Notes under the pieces: model-generated | Seen by the model: the letters and a program-made list of their open reading frames with translations, nothing else | What the model was told of the DNA's origin: nothing | Database searches by the model: none | Made by a program: the position numbers and the translations under genes | Part shown: one piece after another, positions 1-14,407 of the stretch | Position numbering within the stretch: position 1 is the first letter of the stretch | Layout of the letters: each line of letters opens with the position of its first letter | Assembly: GCF_009914755.1 (NCBI RefSeq) | Contig: NC_060928.1 | Direction: 5' to 3' (one strand) | Length of the DNA stretch: 64,000 nucleotides | Source: the human T2T-CHM13v2.0 reference genome, Homo sapiens

Positions 1-3000
1 AGTTGGGGGTGGTGCTGGAGAAAGTGCTCTCACTAGGGAGCTGGGCCCTCACTGTTTCTGAATCCTCTGATCCATAAAGCAATTGTAGTGTGCCTACAAA
101 CGGGCCCTCTGACATCTGACTTTCAAATGGTTGGGATCTTTTTCCTCAGGGAATAGATTCTTTAAAAAAGCCCCTGAGTGAGAGCAGAGCGGTGGCTGGA
201 GGTTATTCGGGCTAAATGGTTTCTCCGGCTGCCACCCAAACTGAAATGCTTTACCTAGCAATGGTCATGAGGCAGGTGACTGGAGCAAGTAACTGCTGGT
301 AGCAAACGAGCCTGTTGAAGCATTTGTGCAGGACTGGTCTGACTGGCCTGGAGAGATTAGTTAACACCCTTGCACACTGAGCACACTCCAGAGGGGAGTC
401 CCTGCCCTCCAGGAACTTACAACGTAGCTTGAAGGAACATGAAGACCCAGCTGTAGCTTGTTACTTAATGGCAATAGAAAATGGGTGAGGGAGTGCTGGC
501 TGGGAATTGGAACTGACTTTCAAGTCTGGGTTTTTTCCTGTGAAGTAATTCTCAATGGAGTAGACTTCAGCTCTGGCCTAAACGCTACATTACAGTGCCT
601 TTGTGTATCTAAATTCTGGTGTCTAATCTGGAATAACCTTTCCCAACTATGTGACAGAAGTTTGGGCGCTCTAGGAAGCATAAAGTGAGGGGGATGGAAC
701 TTGTCTTCAGTAGGTAAGCCCTGTAGATGACAATGTGGTCTTACTTCCTTAATGTGGTGGCCTGGTAGAAGCATGGCTAAGTTGAGATGGGGAAGAAGCC
801 TAGGAAAGCCCAGGATGACTTCTGGTCTATTTTACTGCTGAAACAGTCTGGAGAACTTGTAGAGATGCAAAAATTGGTCATGATCAACAGGACAGTCAAA
901 GGGACCTAATGTGCCATGTGTCTTTGGGACTGGGGTTAGGAACTCCCAGATAGAAGGGGATGTGATATAAACAGAACAGTCTTGTGATTTTGTCTAGTTC
1001 TGAAATCACCTCTTTTTAAAGAGCTCTCAACTCCTATCTGCAAATGTGTTTGGAACGCTTCCAGATCAAGTTCTCTGTGCATCCTCTTTAGAGGGAATTT
1101 ATAGGAGCCTCTAGAACAGTGCTGAGACACACGAGCCAAAAGTATAAGCCATATATAGTCAGTCCCATTAAAGAAAAACGAATATCTTTAACCCAAGAGA
1201 TGCTTATTTTGACATGTAACCCAGCTTATTCTTGGTACTGAGCCTGGTATGCATTTTAAACTTAGTGTATCAATTGAGATGGGTCCTATCAAGTGCTCAA
1301 TGAATAGTGGTTATATTGGAGAGCACAGCTCTGGATAAAACATAACTTTAAGTTTTTGTTTTTGTTTAATTCATTTGTTACCGCTTTAGGGAAATGCTGA
1401 TCTAAAATGACGGTAGAATGTAGTGTCAGTATTGCTGTCTGAGTGCAAATCCTTGGAAACTTCCAGGAACTAGTAGGCTAGAACCACTTGTATTACTTGG
1501 ACTTTGTCAGAATGACTGCCTTTGTGTAAAACACCATTCTGTCAGCAATATGACCATTTTCCATACCCCTAGCAATCACTTTGATTATTGTGGGTAAGCT
1601 TTGTCCTGGCATCTTCTATGCCATCTATATCTAAAGCACCCATTCCAAAGCTCATTTTAGTAACTTATTTGTCCTGAGCACGGGAAATGGGAAGAATACA
1701 AGTAACTCTCATTCAATATCTTCCAGTTTTCAGTTTGGGTTACTGGTATTCTTTAGATCCTGGACAACACACTGAGAGGTTACAGGTGTCTAGAGATCAA
1801 GTACTTGAGAGCATTTAACATCTATGCTGTAGTGCCCAATTCCTATCCCAAAAGCTCAAGCGCCCACAACTCCCCTTCCTATTATACCTAAATCAGGCTG
1901 GAGTGTGCTTTTCAGTGATGTGCTATATTAGCTTTCTAAGCCAACAGGAGTATATACCTTATTCAATTTACTTGGACTTGATGTTGATGTGTTACCTATA
2001 AGGACCAGTGGTAAACACCTGAACCTAATCAAACCTCATCTAGAGAGGAGGGGGCAGTCTTCTTGTCTTCAACACAACTGCTTAACACTTATTTCTACGG
2101 AAACTGACTTGGGTTGGATTGGGGTTTAGGACAGCTGGGATGGCTTATCCGGGAGGCATGTGATTTTTGCCAAGAAGGAAGTTTTTGGTCTTGTGGAGTT
2201 ATCACAGGAAGGTAGATGGGTGTCCATTCCTCTGACCTGTGTCAGAGCTGTGGGGAGGCTGAAGAGCAGGAAAGACAGCCCCAGGCTGAAGCTGGGCTGG
2301 GCTGCTGCAAGGCCAGTGTCTGCAATTAGGGAAGAAAGGCAGCAGCCACCATGTTTAAGAACTTTTAACTTGGCTCTCTCAGAATAGACCCCCTTGGCAT
2401 ATCTAGAAAGTAGGAAGCTGTCAAATCAGTAGCATTGGCTGTGCTGAAGCAGTTCCCTTGGATTTGGGGGCAGTTGACAAAAATACTAACCAGAACATGG
2501 ACCAACTTGTTTATGAACCCACTTGAGGCCCGGAGTTAACTAGGGCCATTACCTGGAAGCTCCTGTGCTCTTCCCCTCACTGCTTTCTCTGTATGATGCT
2601 AGATTATTTGTGACTGATACTGAGGGTAATGAAGAATCTCAAACACTGTCTGGCTTTGTTGTGTATGACATTTAAGTGAGCCAAATACTTGAGCTCCTCT
2701 GGCAAGTGTTCTGCTTTAACCAATTAGCTTGTATAACAGACTTGGCTATCTTGTCACTTGGATTTGAGTGTGATGGAAGAGTTGTTTCCCTCACCTTGTG
2801 TGAGCCTCTACCAGCAAGTTAGCCTGTTGGGGAGGCAACTAACACTTTATGGTAATTGGAGCAGTCCTTCCTACAACTGTCTTCTCAACTTGATCTTAGT
2901 TACTGTTCTCTTAGGCAGAACTTGCCCATATTTCACTTACCAAGGAGTATTTGGAAAGTTTGTCTCAGAATAAAAACCAGTGATTCCCTCGACTCAGCAG

Positions 3001-4414
3001 CAAAGGCATCCAATGTTTCACCCAAGCTAAACTTTGGCTATTACTCCAGCATAAAAAGCACTTGTCTAGGATGAGTCTGCATAGGTCCATCCTGGTCTTG
3101 AGCTAATGCGACATGAACACTTTGACCAAAGATGAGCTTGAGACTGGCCAGACATGTGACCTAATGGAAGATAATTATTGTACACATACACCTGTAACTG
3201 CCCTTGAATAATGAATCAGTCTTGACGGAAATAAAGCCTAGCAACAGCAAAGGACCCAATGCACGGGAAAACTCGCTGGTGTCCATTTGACTTAGGCTGA
3301 GAGAAACATGCTGAACTCCCAGCTGTCAGTTTGTCACCTGCCGTGTAATATTTCAGTGACTATTTTGCTTTGTCCAAGACTCCATAGGATTTGAGTGCAT
3401 AGGTAAAGACCCTCCCTGGTAATAGAAGCTTCTTCCAGTAGATACTCAGTCACAACCATGATTCAGAGGGGCTTTCTTGATGTCTTAAATTTCAACACGT
3501 GGAATTGCATTTTAAAGTTTTTTGCTTATGATCAGGTACTAAGTGGATTGACTGCATTTTGTCAACTTTACTGGTAGTAGGCATGTCCCTAGTTATATGG
3601 GGACATGTACAATTTGAACTAATAGATCTGTTAGCTCATAAGAAATCAGAGTTCTCACAAATGCTAGCTGTTGCTTGCTATTCTATTCTCCACCCACCCC
3701 CACCATTTGTAGGAGCTGGGTATCTTTAGCATGTCTTTCAAAGATTTCTATACCTCTCACAGGGTTGAGAAAGACTTGTCAGATCAATAGATGAGACACA
3801 TTCCCAGATGAACTTGGAAGTAGAACTATAAACAATGCCATGGGTATCCCCAAACCTATGCAACATTGTTTTGAACCAACACAGCCTCTACAGGTTGAGG
3901 AAGCCACACTTATTGGTATACTTCATAGTGAATTCCCCACTGCTGTGCAGTTTCTGCTCAAATTTCTACTAGGTGGTTTCACGTCACTTCCAGTTACCAT
4001 GCTTCTGGTCAATTTGGGGTGGATTTTTAAGAACACTCTGGTTCCATATATAGCCATCTCTTTGGGTTCTCTCAGCATTCTGGTTCTATTTTCATGTTCA
4101 TACTAGTTACTTTTGCCTAATCTTATACCACTTCCCACCCACCTCTTGTCATCTTTTAAGGTTCTATTTCCCTATCCTTAATTCTTACTGCTTTGCTTTA
4201 AGGTTGTTGGGTAGTGAGCTGATTTCCTCTTAATGTCGCAGGCATTTAAGACCATATACATACTGATTCATGAATGTATAGGACCATGGTGACTATGAAC
4301 AGACCAGTCATGACTCAACTTGCAAAATACCTATGAATGTGGACAAGGAATAGTATGTACAAGAGTCACCCAGACTTGACTTCATGCCATTGTTCTGAAT
4401 GCTCTCATATTGGT

Positions 4415-4472
4415 TCACTTATAGGAGTAACTACCTCAGGGTTTTATTTTATAGAGAAAAACTGAGGCTCAG
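4415..4472 (-). mobile_element. MIR fragment
   Basis: ttttatagagaaaactgaggctcag resembles the reverse complement of the MIR core (ctgagcctcagtttcctcatctgtaaaa); short and diverged. Confidence 0.4.
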
Positions 4473-6577
4473 TGTCACCCTCACAATCTCTCAAACCTAG
4501 GAAATTGTTCACTTTAGGTTGTTTTGAAGTCTTTCCATATACTACTCCTCTTACAGTGACTTGCTATAGCTTGCCTTGAGAACAAACGTCTCACTTTAAT
4601 GCTTTATGGTTAAGGGTCAGGTATAACTCGGATCAATAAGCTAAACCTCTAAAATCAAATAGTCGGGTGGATGTCATTCTTACCTTGCTCAACAGGAAGC
4701 TAGATGTCTTAAGACCACTCATGCTACAGGAAATGATTGTTTCCCTGTGCTTACCTGGCTCTTGAGTACACTGACTCAAATGTCAACGTGGGTAACATGG
4801 GGCTTCTATGAAAAGCTTTTGGTGTGGCAGGGTGTAATGGGTTAAATGTCCTGAGCTTAGTCATGTACTTGATTGTCTATGACTAAATGACCAAATAGAC
4901 ATAAAAAGGGTGGAGTAAATCTGTCATAATTTACAGCATATCTTGCTGTTCTTTTTTTCTCCCTTTTCTCTTGGCCTGTGGCTTAACTGCACCTAACATC
5001 TCTCGGGAGTGCCTTAATAAAACCAGTTAAGGACTGCTTGTTTTATACAAGCAATGTATTCATATACCTTCCTGTTAACAGTAAAAATCTAGACTAGCGT
5101 AACAATACTTGTCTGATTAGTGAGGCAATTAGTATGTCACCTGACAAACCAGAACTGATAGAAATCTTATTTGGAGGTGTTACCATAATCAGTTTCTATT
5201 TAACCTGACATACCTGAGAAAGCATTTATGGGCCGGATCTGCCAGGAATATGACATCTCAACTACTCTGTCCTTGGTGGTTATCACCTATATGATAATCT
5301 GAAGCTAAACCTGCACAAGGTCTTCCTTATACAAAGTGTATTGGGACCTGAACCCCAGGTTTGGGTCCACAGCCAGATAACTAGTTCTGCAAGAAGAGGT
5401 GTTAGTATGGTTGTGAAAACACCTTCCCCATCCCCTGACTCACCTTCCTGTCAACTGCTTCCTACTGGAATTCCTCATGAATAGGTGGTTAACACCTTGT
5501 ACTTTGTCCTAAACAACCCAGTTTTGTCTCACTCACCCCGTCTTCCTCTCCAGCTTGTTCAAGTCTCTTGTTCAAGTCATTCCACTTCAGGCCTGTTAAG
5601 ACTACTTCTCTTGACACAAATCTCCAACCCACAGACTTTCTCATTCCAGCTGTTGCCTTTATTGACTTTATTTCCTTGTTATAGTATCTTTCATTTATTT
5701 AACCCCATGGCTTTTTTTCTGGTAAATCTCAACCCTTCGTGAATCCCAAATGTCTTAGTCCTAATACTAGAAAGATAAGGCTTGGCTGAGTTAGACTATG
5801 GTAGAACCATGTCTCTAAACTTATCACTGACTTCTGATGTATCTTTCCAACTCCCAGATTTCGCAGAGGGGAGAGAAGCTAGAAAAACAGGGTTGTTGGG
5901 CAATCTTGGTAAACTTGGGCCCTTCTAAACATGTAGCTTTTGTTTTATTCTTGTAACAAGTTTTTCCTTGCTTTCAGGTTATAAACTAGTGAGTAAAACA
6001 TGAGATAATGTCCAGAACTCAGTGTAGCAGGAGTTGATTGATTTGCTCTGGTCTCATATGCTCACCAATTCCTCCACATTAAACCCACCAAATTAAGTAG
6101 CTGCCCTACTCTAAAATGGTTCCACCTACTGACTCCTTGTTCCTTTCTGAAATAGTCCTGGTGTCTCTGATTGCTAGAGGCTAAGTCCTGTGACTGTGTC
6201 CCTAGCAGCAGCAGGGACTCTGGGAGAGAGCCCTTGGGATAATGGGTCTCGATGGGAGAAACCCCTCAAACTGGGGTCATGAGGCCTTCCAATGTGACAA
6301 AGTTCCACAACTATGCTGAACTGGTCCTAAGAAAAGCTTACATGACTGCATGTCTAACCAGCATAGCAGATAGCCACGGCTCACCTGTGCTCTTGAAGAC
6401 AGTATGAAATTGAGACCAAGTAGCTTACTCTACTCGACTCTGAGTAAATGTTTCAACGGTGTCTATGCTGCTGTGGTAAAGCATTCACTCCAAACGGGGA
6501 GCATCCTTACGTCCAGCTCACTTTTCAAGAGTTAGCAAAGTCATGGCTTTGCAACTCAGTCAAGCTTTTATGGTTAC

Positions 6578-6597
6578 TAAGCGCCCCCTGTTGATGG
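6578..6597 (-). promoter_or_regulatory. Candidate CTCF binding site
   Basis: Minus strand reads CCATCAACAGGGGGCGCTTA, close to the CTCF core CCASYAGRKGGCRS with an intact AGGGGGCGC and a retained CpG in CpG-poor surroundings. Confidence 0.55.
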
Positions 6598-8288
6598 CAG
6601 TTTAAAACTGGTTGTGCCCCATGCTTCAAAGTGGCAAGACCCCGTGTGTCTAATTCCTGAAACAGTCCAAGGCTCCAAACATGAGGGCAGGCCCCGTTAG
6701 GTCCTCTCTGGCAGCTTTTGCTTCACCCTTGCTTCATTGTTTGGGCCTCTTGCCTCTTCTCCTAAGATGGCTTCTAGGGTTGGCATTATCAACACAATCC
6801 CTCCATTCCTTCCACACAAGGCTAATTGCTTTGTTCTCATTTGCTCAAGGTATATGAGAATAAACATAGCTGCAAATCTTGAGCTGGTTTTGAGAAACCT
6901 GTTTCCCTAAACACCTTCTTGTGCTTGGATGGAAGGCTTAGGACCTTAGCCTAGTGCCTAGAAATGGCTGATCTTCTAGTGAGTTAATAGGTCTCAACTA
7001 CAGTTAAAGTTAAAATGACCCCGACTAGCTTTTGAGACTACCTAAAGGACCCATTTGGTTCTGATCTGCCATGGACCAATACTTTGTAAAACACAATAAA
7101 TAGAAAATGCCAAATTTTGTTAAACCCACACCCTAGCAAACAAAGGGGAAGAAATACATGGTTCGTTGGAAGAACATACAGGTGACAGGTGACGACTACA
7201 AATGTACAATGATAGTTATCTAGAGGTAACTGAGGTACATGTTAATGTTCTTGTACAGAATGACTATTGTGCATATAGTGCTTAATGTACTGAGTTCTTC
7301 ATGTGACAAATAAGCTTGTTTAACCTACTGAATCTAGGTTGGAGTGATAGCAATGCTACTCAGAGGAAAACAACCAAAAGGCTTTGTTTTAATAGCTTTC
7401 ACAGCAGAGGCCAATCTCACATCCCTCAGAAGTATGTTGACCAGAACAGAAGAATTTAAAGCTATTGTAGCAGAATTGGGGTATATTTAACTTTTAAAAT
7501 GAAGTAATGCTTTATTTTAAACTCATCTCTAATCCTTCATCACCATCTAGTTACAATGGCTTATCTTAGAAGGCTACAGTTATCTTCCTGAAAAGCAAAT
7601 GGATTCCAGATGTGAATTTTTCCTATACATAAATCTTTTGATGGAAAGCAAAATCCAATGTTCTAATTCAAAAGGTATGTCTTGTAGATGTGCAATATCA
7701 ACTACTGATTTATACCATGTGAAGTTATGTAACTTCTATTTTTGAAACACTTAAGTTATCTAGTCTCTGCTTTTCTCTATCTCTTCAATATTACCCAAGG
7801 GAAAAGAACCTGGATGGGTTAATGAGACTAGGAACAACTCATGGCACATATGTAGTTAACCCTTCTAGAGAGAACTGCCCTCATGAGTTTTATGGTACTT
7901 GTTTTACTTCATGAATGTATATGGAAGGATTGCTCACTGAGTGGGCTTACGTTACTCAATGGTAGAAGACTTGCTCAGCCTAGTTCGGGGGCCCACTTCC
8001 AGCTTTGGTCCTCTGATTCAGTGAAACAAAGCTTGTCTGATCTTGATTTCAGGTGTAGTTCCCAATTACTTTCAGAACCCCATGGGGAAAGTGAGGTGAA
8101 TGGTACCTCAGACACTTAAGCCCTGAATTTCTATGGCAGTCTTGCTGTGGCACACTACCTGCATATTGCTGATGGCCTCATATCCAGGGCTCCACACTGG
8201 CATGTAAAAGGTACAGGCCAGTCTGAGGGTCTTCAAAGGCTTTCTAGGTTCCCTGAAAGTGTGGCATTAGGAGCAACAGGATCAGACT

Positions 8289-8331
8289 CCCCCCGCCCCC
8301 AGCCGCCCCCTCCTCCCCTACCCCGCCACGG
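8289..8331 (-). promoter_or_regulatory. GC-box (SP/KLF) cluster and potential G-quadruplex
   Basis: cccccgcccccagccgccccctcctcccctaccccgccacgg has three CCGCC cores and five C-runs, giving five G-tracts on the - strand. Confidence 0.4.
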
Positions 8332-9189
8332 AGAGGAGTACCACTATCAGGGCAAGACAAACGTGGAACTCGGCCAGGTCCTGCTCCATATGGAAGTGAG
8401 TGTCTTGGGCAGTGGGGTCTCAGAAGCTGTTTGATAGAATCTCTAGGTAAGCCTCTCCTCCCACACATGCTAGTTTGGCACACAATGGTCCTGACTTCCT
8501 GAGACAGATGAGTGTCTATAATTTTGGTCTAATGAGAAGGTCCTGGGACATTAAGCATCTTCAGGTTTCACAGTGAGAATTGCAGATGGTGTTCACAGCT
8601 TTCCCATACAATACTGAAGTCATTTGTCTAGATGTACTGAGTCCAAACTAGGGATTGCTTGAAGGAAAGACTTTCTCTAAGGTCTTCATTTCGTTTGGTG
8701 GGAATGTCAGATTGGGTGGGTTACACTAAGGGAAGAAATGAACTGCTTCTAGCAATACCTCTGTGGTGAAGTCTGGGGAGGAGAAATCAGAGTGGCAAGA
8801 TAACAGACAGTTGGAAGTCTCTCACTGCTTTCCCGGAAGAAGTAGCAAACATTTTGAGGGGTGAGAGGAACTTCCCAGCACAGGGTTAGAGGAGCTCTTA
8901 AACACAGGTAAATTTCAGGAAGCTTTGTGAATTTGACTATGGGGCTGTGGCTGGATTCTTGCTCAGCTCCAATCTTAAATAGAAGGCAACCCTTTACCAG
9001 TAGGATCTAGGGAATTTTGGCCAACTTTGTCAATTCTGACCCTGAGCATAATTTTGGGGGGGTTTTCCAAGGTATATGGATGAGTCTGCCTTGGATTAGA
9101 TTCTGCATCTCGGCCTGTGGTTAGGGGAGTGCTGAATGTAGGCCTGGGGAATGCATTTAAAGGCAATCAATACTAGCAGGGGTAGGAAG

Positions 9190-10500
9190 AACAACTTCTA
9201 TGGTGTCAGTTTGGATCCTTTGTAGTTAAGTGCAAGAGACTCAGTGGGGGTAATACTTGGGGTGGGGGGTGGAAGGGAGTTGGAATAGGAGCAGCAAGGG
9301 AGAATCTTCAGGTCTTACAGGTGTAACACCTGTGCAAGGAACCAGGGAAGGGAAGAACAGGTAGAGCCCCTGCCCTGCAATATGGGTCTGCAATAGTCTC
9401 AGCCAGGTCAAGTAAGTTCAGTACCTTTTCCAAGATGGACCCTTCCTGGTGGGTGTTAATGTGAGACACACAGCTCCACACTTCATACATAGCCTTACTA
9501 TGTCCATCCACATTCCTCTACCCAAATCTTGTCTCTGACCGTTCAGTCCTTTGTTCCAGGCTGCTGACTGGAAAGTGATGCCACTGAACCACCTATGTAT
9601 ATGTGCATTCTCATCTTGGGCCCTTTGTGATACAAAGTAGCTGATCAGGTATACTGCTTGTGGAACCCTACCCGTTGGGAACCAGGCCAGACACTTGGTT
9701 GAACTTGTAGTGCTTTAATTATCCTCTAGTATCTAATTTCGTCATGGGCTAGAATGCAGAATTGAACAGATAAGGACCACCAACCATATTTGCTTGATAC
9801 TTAAGCATGGCACTAATGTTGACCATCCCCTACAGGGGTGCAATACTTGTGACTTAATATCTTGGCTGGGGTAGGGACAGTTTCAGAAGTTTCTAACTGG
9901 CCCTGCTGTGATGCTGTTACTTCACATGGCTAGGGACCCAACGTAGGGATTTATTCAAATGACAAGCACATCAATTTCAATTGTGTACTCAGGGGATATA
10001 TTTCTGGGTGGGTCTTCGGACCTAGTGGACCAACTGTCAGCCAAACATCTGCAAGAACTCCATTTCCTCAGTCTGTACTAGGGTATAATTTAAAGCTGCA
10101 ATCTATTTCTCAAATGGAAGATAGTTGTAACTCCTGTGTGTGTGTACTTTAACTTGTGGCCATAATGCTCTGGGTGTCTAGATGGCAATGTCAACTCAGT
10201 TGCTATGCCCGATGGTTCACGAATTCTTTAGTTCAGTGTATATTAACATGGATGTCTGCAGAGGGAGACTTGCTAAGAACCCTTGTCTGCTCAGCTAACC
10301 AGGTCCTCCAGCTATATCTCAAGGTCTTGACATGAGAACCCCTGCTTCTGGGAGCACCGGAAGGTAGAACTGTATCTGAGTAACTTCAGTGTGGCAATAA
10401 CAATCTGGTTAACCCTAAAGGTGTTCCCAAAGTTGGTAATGGGAGGTAGGGTCAGGGAATGAAAGCATAAAGTAAACCTTACTGCTGCTCTGTGAAAGGG
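9190..10500 (-). mobile_element. Old ERVL LTR (LTR16-like) plus pol (RNase H region) remnant
   Basis: ORF 9308..9511(-) VSHINTHQ..SILE resembles ERVL RNase H VSHVNAHQ..TSAEE; 9200-9360 resembles a reversed ERVL LTR; ends uncertain. Confidence 0.5.
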
Positions 10501-12314
10501 GAAGTCTAGAAAAAGCATCGTCCGTATACATGGAACAAAGCTTAAGAAAACTTGCAGCTTGGTTTTGCCAGTACCAAGCTGAGGGAGGGGAGCAGATTCT
10601 TACAAGAGTGTCAGCACTTACCTAATGGGTCAGGGAAGACACTGCGTAGTGTTATACAAGACAGTAACATGGTCAGACTGGTATGTTCAACATAGCAACA
10701 TCTCAAGTAGGAAAACTGACTTTGGGGATTGGAATAGGTGTCATAAGAGTGGGTAGTAATAGACATGATCAGCTTCCAGGCTTCTGGTATGGGCACTGCT
10801 GTGTGGTAGTGCCACTAATAGAGGATACAATAGAAGAACAAATCTGGGAGGGGAAAAGTGAGTTGTTACTGTCCTACCTAACCTTAGGATTTAGATCTGG
10901 TATAAACCTAGCTTATGATGGGGAGCTCCAGTTTGGGATATTACTTGGTGCGAAATGTTCAGGACTCAGTCTCCCCTGGGGTCTAATAGTTTTAAGTCAT
11001 GGCCTATTTCTCAAATGCAGAATAGTTCTGTCATAGATCGTGCCTTGCAGTAGAAACCTAGGGTTTTATGTTTGGATTTTCCAGAGGTGTCATGTGGCAT
11101 CTTCATGCATCACAATTACTTCCAGCACCATGTTAGATCACCTAGCCCAAGCAGTAGGGCACCTTTATGCTGCAACCTGCAACTACTACAGGTATGCTTT
11201 TCTCCTGAACTTAAGGATCAGTAAGCTCACTAGATGGTTTTAGAACCATGGCACTTCTCAAGGTATGGACAACATTCTCAGGATGTACCCCTTGTATGGT
11301 GCCCTGCTCCTCATGAAGAAAACTCAAACTGCGTTTCTCCAGGACGTTAATTTTGGCACTAGATGCTTCCAGGCATCTGCATCATCCCTTCCAAACTAAG
11401 GGAATTTAAATAATTCATGCTTAATGCACTGAGGGCCATGGAGCCCCTGCTTTGGGTTGGTGCTTGCCCTGGTGTGTCCTTTGGGGTGAGTGACCCATGT
11501 TCAACTACTGGTAACATGGAACCCTTCAGAAGCTGTCAGGGTGTGGTGCTTCCTCCTACAATGGAAGGAAGAACTAGGGACTGCACACAGGTTTGGGAGG
11601 TCTCCAGTTGAAACCATGCAGGCACTTAGAAAGAAAATAGCTCCAATGTGTCTGAGCAAGTGGTTGGAGTGCCTACGGAGAGGTGAGGTTGAACATCTGA
11701 GCAGGTGCACATAAGCTGTAGAACTTCTAAAACTATACCGATCTCACCTGTAGCTTCATAGCCACCTCAGACTCGAGTACCATGTCATAGTTACGTAGTA
11801 CAACATAATCCTAGAGTTCCCCTAGAACTTGGAGGTAACTGACCATAACAGGATTTGCAACTGACAGGCTTGGCTGGTACCCTAATATGCCTCCAGTGTT
11901 CTGTCCTGTACACCTATACTGACTTCTATTTCCCTTCTGCTGTGCCTCTAGAACTCCAGTCAGCTTCTCCAGCTACCCTCTTCAACTGTCAAGATTACTT
12001 GAGTCACTAAAACCTAAGCATATCGCTTGTGAAACTCTTCACAAGGCTGTTATTTGTTAGAGCTGGGAGAGGAGCTTAGTAGTCTTAGACTCTCCAAAAA
12101 TTGTTCTGAAGTTTACTCAACCTAGTTTTAAACACTATGAGCTTTCTTACTGAGGCTTTTGCTACTAAGAACTATTTCTACTGTTGGTCAACATAGTAAA
12201 ATGGCCTGGAGATGAGATGAAGATCAAGGCACCTTAAAAGGATCCTCTGCCCTGAGATCCTGCTATCCTTGACTACCTTAATATCCATTTGAATGACCCA
12301 GCCAAAAACTTACC

Positions 12315-12546
12315 ATTTCCTCAGTCTGAAATTTGAGGCTGGATATTGACATTTTGGGCTGGAAAATTCTTGGTGGGGGATGGTCTGTTCTGTGTATTGT
12401 GGAATGTTTAGCAGCATCCATGGTCTCTACCTGCTAGCTACCAGTAGCATCCGTTTCCCTGCTGACAGCCGAAAATGGCTACGGACATTACCAAATGTGC
12501 TGCGGGGTGGTGGGTGGGGCAAGATTGTCCCTGTCTGAAACACTGC
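12315..12546 (-). mobile_element. MER20 DNA transposon (hAT-Charlie)
   Basis: attgacattttgggctgg...tgtttagcagcatcc...gacattaccaaatgt...ggggcaagattgtccc...cactg follows the recalled MER20 consensus end to end. Confidence 0.85.
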
Positions 12547-14407
12547 CTCAGATGGCTGGTGCTAACTATCTGCACCATGTCCTACTTGGATTTAATCTTT
12601 ATCCTCCCAAATGTCCTTAAACATGTATGTAGGCCTCTGATCTCTAGCCCTGGGATCTTTCTCTCCCTCCAATCCCTTCCTTCTGACTCCTTTCCCTTGA
12701 GTTTTGTTGGTGAATTTCTGGTTTTACTCCTTTCTCCACATCTTAGCTGACTATTAATTGTAAAGTATCCTGATTAAAACAGACCACTACTGCAAACCTG
12801 GTCATAACACTGAAGCCAATACGGGGTATCTGTACACTACTACCTCTCTGGGCTGTGTCCTGCCTAGATACCCCTGCCAAACACTGAGCACCCAACCAGG
12901 AACTTGGCGCTAAGCAAACAGACACCCAGCCGACCATGTCCTGACCCTGTCGATGCTTTCAGCTAGCGCTGTGGAAATGTGCTTTAGAGTGTAAACATCC
13001 CAGTGGAGCCCCTGAGAACAGGCTCTTCCTGGAGAGGAAAGGCTTCTTTCATAGTCTTGGGGAACCTTTTGCTAAATTACCCTTCCCCCTTTCCCAAGGC
13101 AATGTTAGGCTGTTTTAGAGCCCAACTAGTTGTTTCCTAGGTTGGAAGAGTCTGCTAACTGAGGTCTGGTATGATTGCTTAGTATCTACCCCTGTGCTTG
13201 CTGACAGAGTATCTCCCAGATTGTATGGGGCACCTCGTGTGCTGGTTTTTTGTAGAGTAGACCTGTTTTTAGAGCCAGCTGGGTTCTTAAACCTTAACCT
13301 CTAAGTCACAAAACCTGCAATGCCTACTGTGAACTTAGCTCTCACTTACTCTTGTAGGCTAGTGATGACTCTGGGGATAGCTATACTGCAGGAAAAAGAT
13401 AGGCATTACTAATAATCGCTTTCTACCATGTTGTAATTGGGTTCTACTACCTGGCCTAAGTAAGCATACTGGGGCGTAGTACATGAACTGAAGGAATGGC
13501 CACCTCCATGATCTTGAGGCATCAGGTTGTCCCATCAAAGGGAATGCCAGACCAGAGTAGATTAAGATGACAGCAAGAGTGAGGAGATTTCACCTTCCAA
13601 ATGGCTTTGGCCAGAGTAAAAAAGGGAGTGCCCTCAAGTCCCTCAATCTGTAAAAGGCAAGCTCCTTGTACCCTCAAAGCAAGTGGTGTTTCCCAATTTG
13701 GCTGGATGCTGTTCATCATGGGTGATGCCGCTTCCTGACAGTGGGTTTCAAGACTGCATGTCAGGTAGGATCCAGTGAGGCAAGGGGAAATGCAGTCCAT
13801 CCTAGTTATTAAGAGGGAACCCATCAGTCATGCCTAATATCAAAGGTGTCAAAAGTTAAAACCGGTCTATAAGGTCCTCTACAGACACTAGGGAATAACT
13901 GAGCCTTCCCAGCACCTGAAATGCCACACTAGCAGTGTGAAACTAAATGGCCCTTGACACCCTTCAAGTGGAGTACCCAAAGAGCACTGAAAATCAAGAT
14001 GGACTTGGCCATGTCCAGTTAGCTCCATGAAGCAATAGATGAATAGCAAGTTTTTGCTCACAGTCTCCTTTCATTTTACCAGTATTTCTGTGCCTAAGCC
14101 AGGACACTCCTGCTAAGCATAGCCCTAGAAAAATCTGAAGATGTGTTGCTTGCTTGCTTTCTTTGCCCTATGCATTTTGTGCTCATCTCTGCTTCAGGAC
14201 ACTTTGTCCCGGCTACTCCTCATTCTTTAACTAGATCTGAACATACTTGGATATAATAAAACCAGAAGCCAGTCTTTGCTTCTCCCGACAAGGTCCTTGT
14301 GGAAAAAATGGCTTATTTGTATAACTTCTGCCAGCCATGTTAGAAGGAAAAAGAATCCCCAAATCTTACTGTGAAGTGCCTGACATGTGAGCCTCCCCCT
14401 CAGGCCT

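Noticed and set aside
100-310. Slight CpG enrichment at the window start as a promoter
   Set aside because: Only about five CpGs and no recognisable core promoter, so it is insufficient without upstream sequence.
8147-8434. Proline-rich ORF (PRPQPPPPPLP)
   Set aside because: It results from a short C-rich low-complexity patch and has no other coding support.
8805-8814. A-MYB-like motifs (agacagttgg here; also ~2469, 20056, 49752)
   Set aside because: The motif is short and expected by chance at this frequency, with no clustering that would mark a promoter.
9400-10500. ERVL pol remnant as a fourth copy of the duplicated unit
   Set aside because: Similarity to ~42.1-42.4 kb is limited to ERVL sequence and I could not see shared unique flanks.
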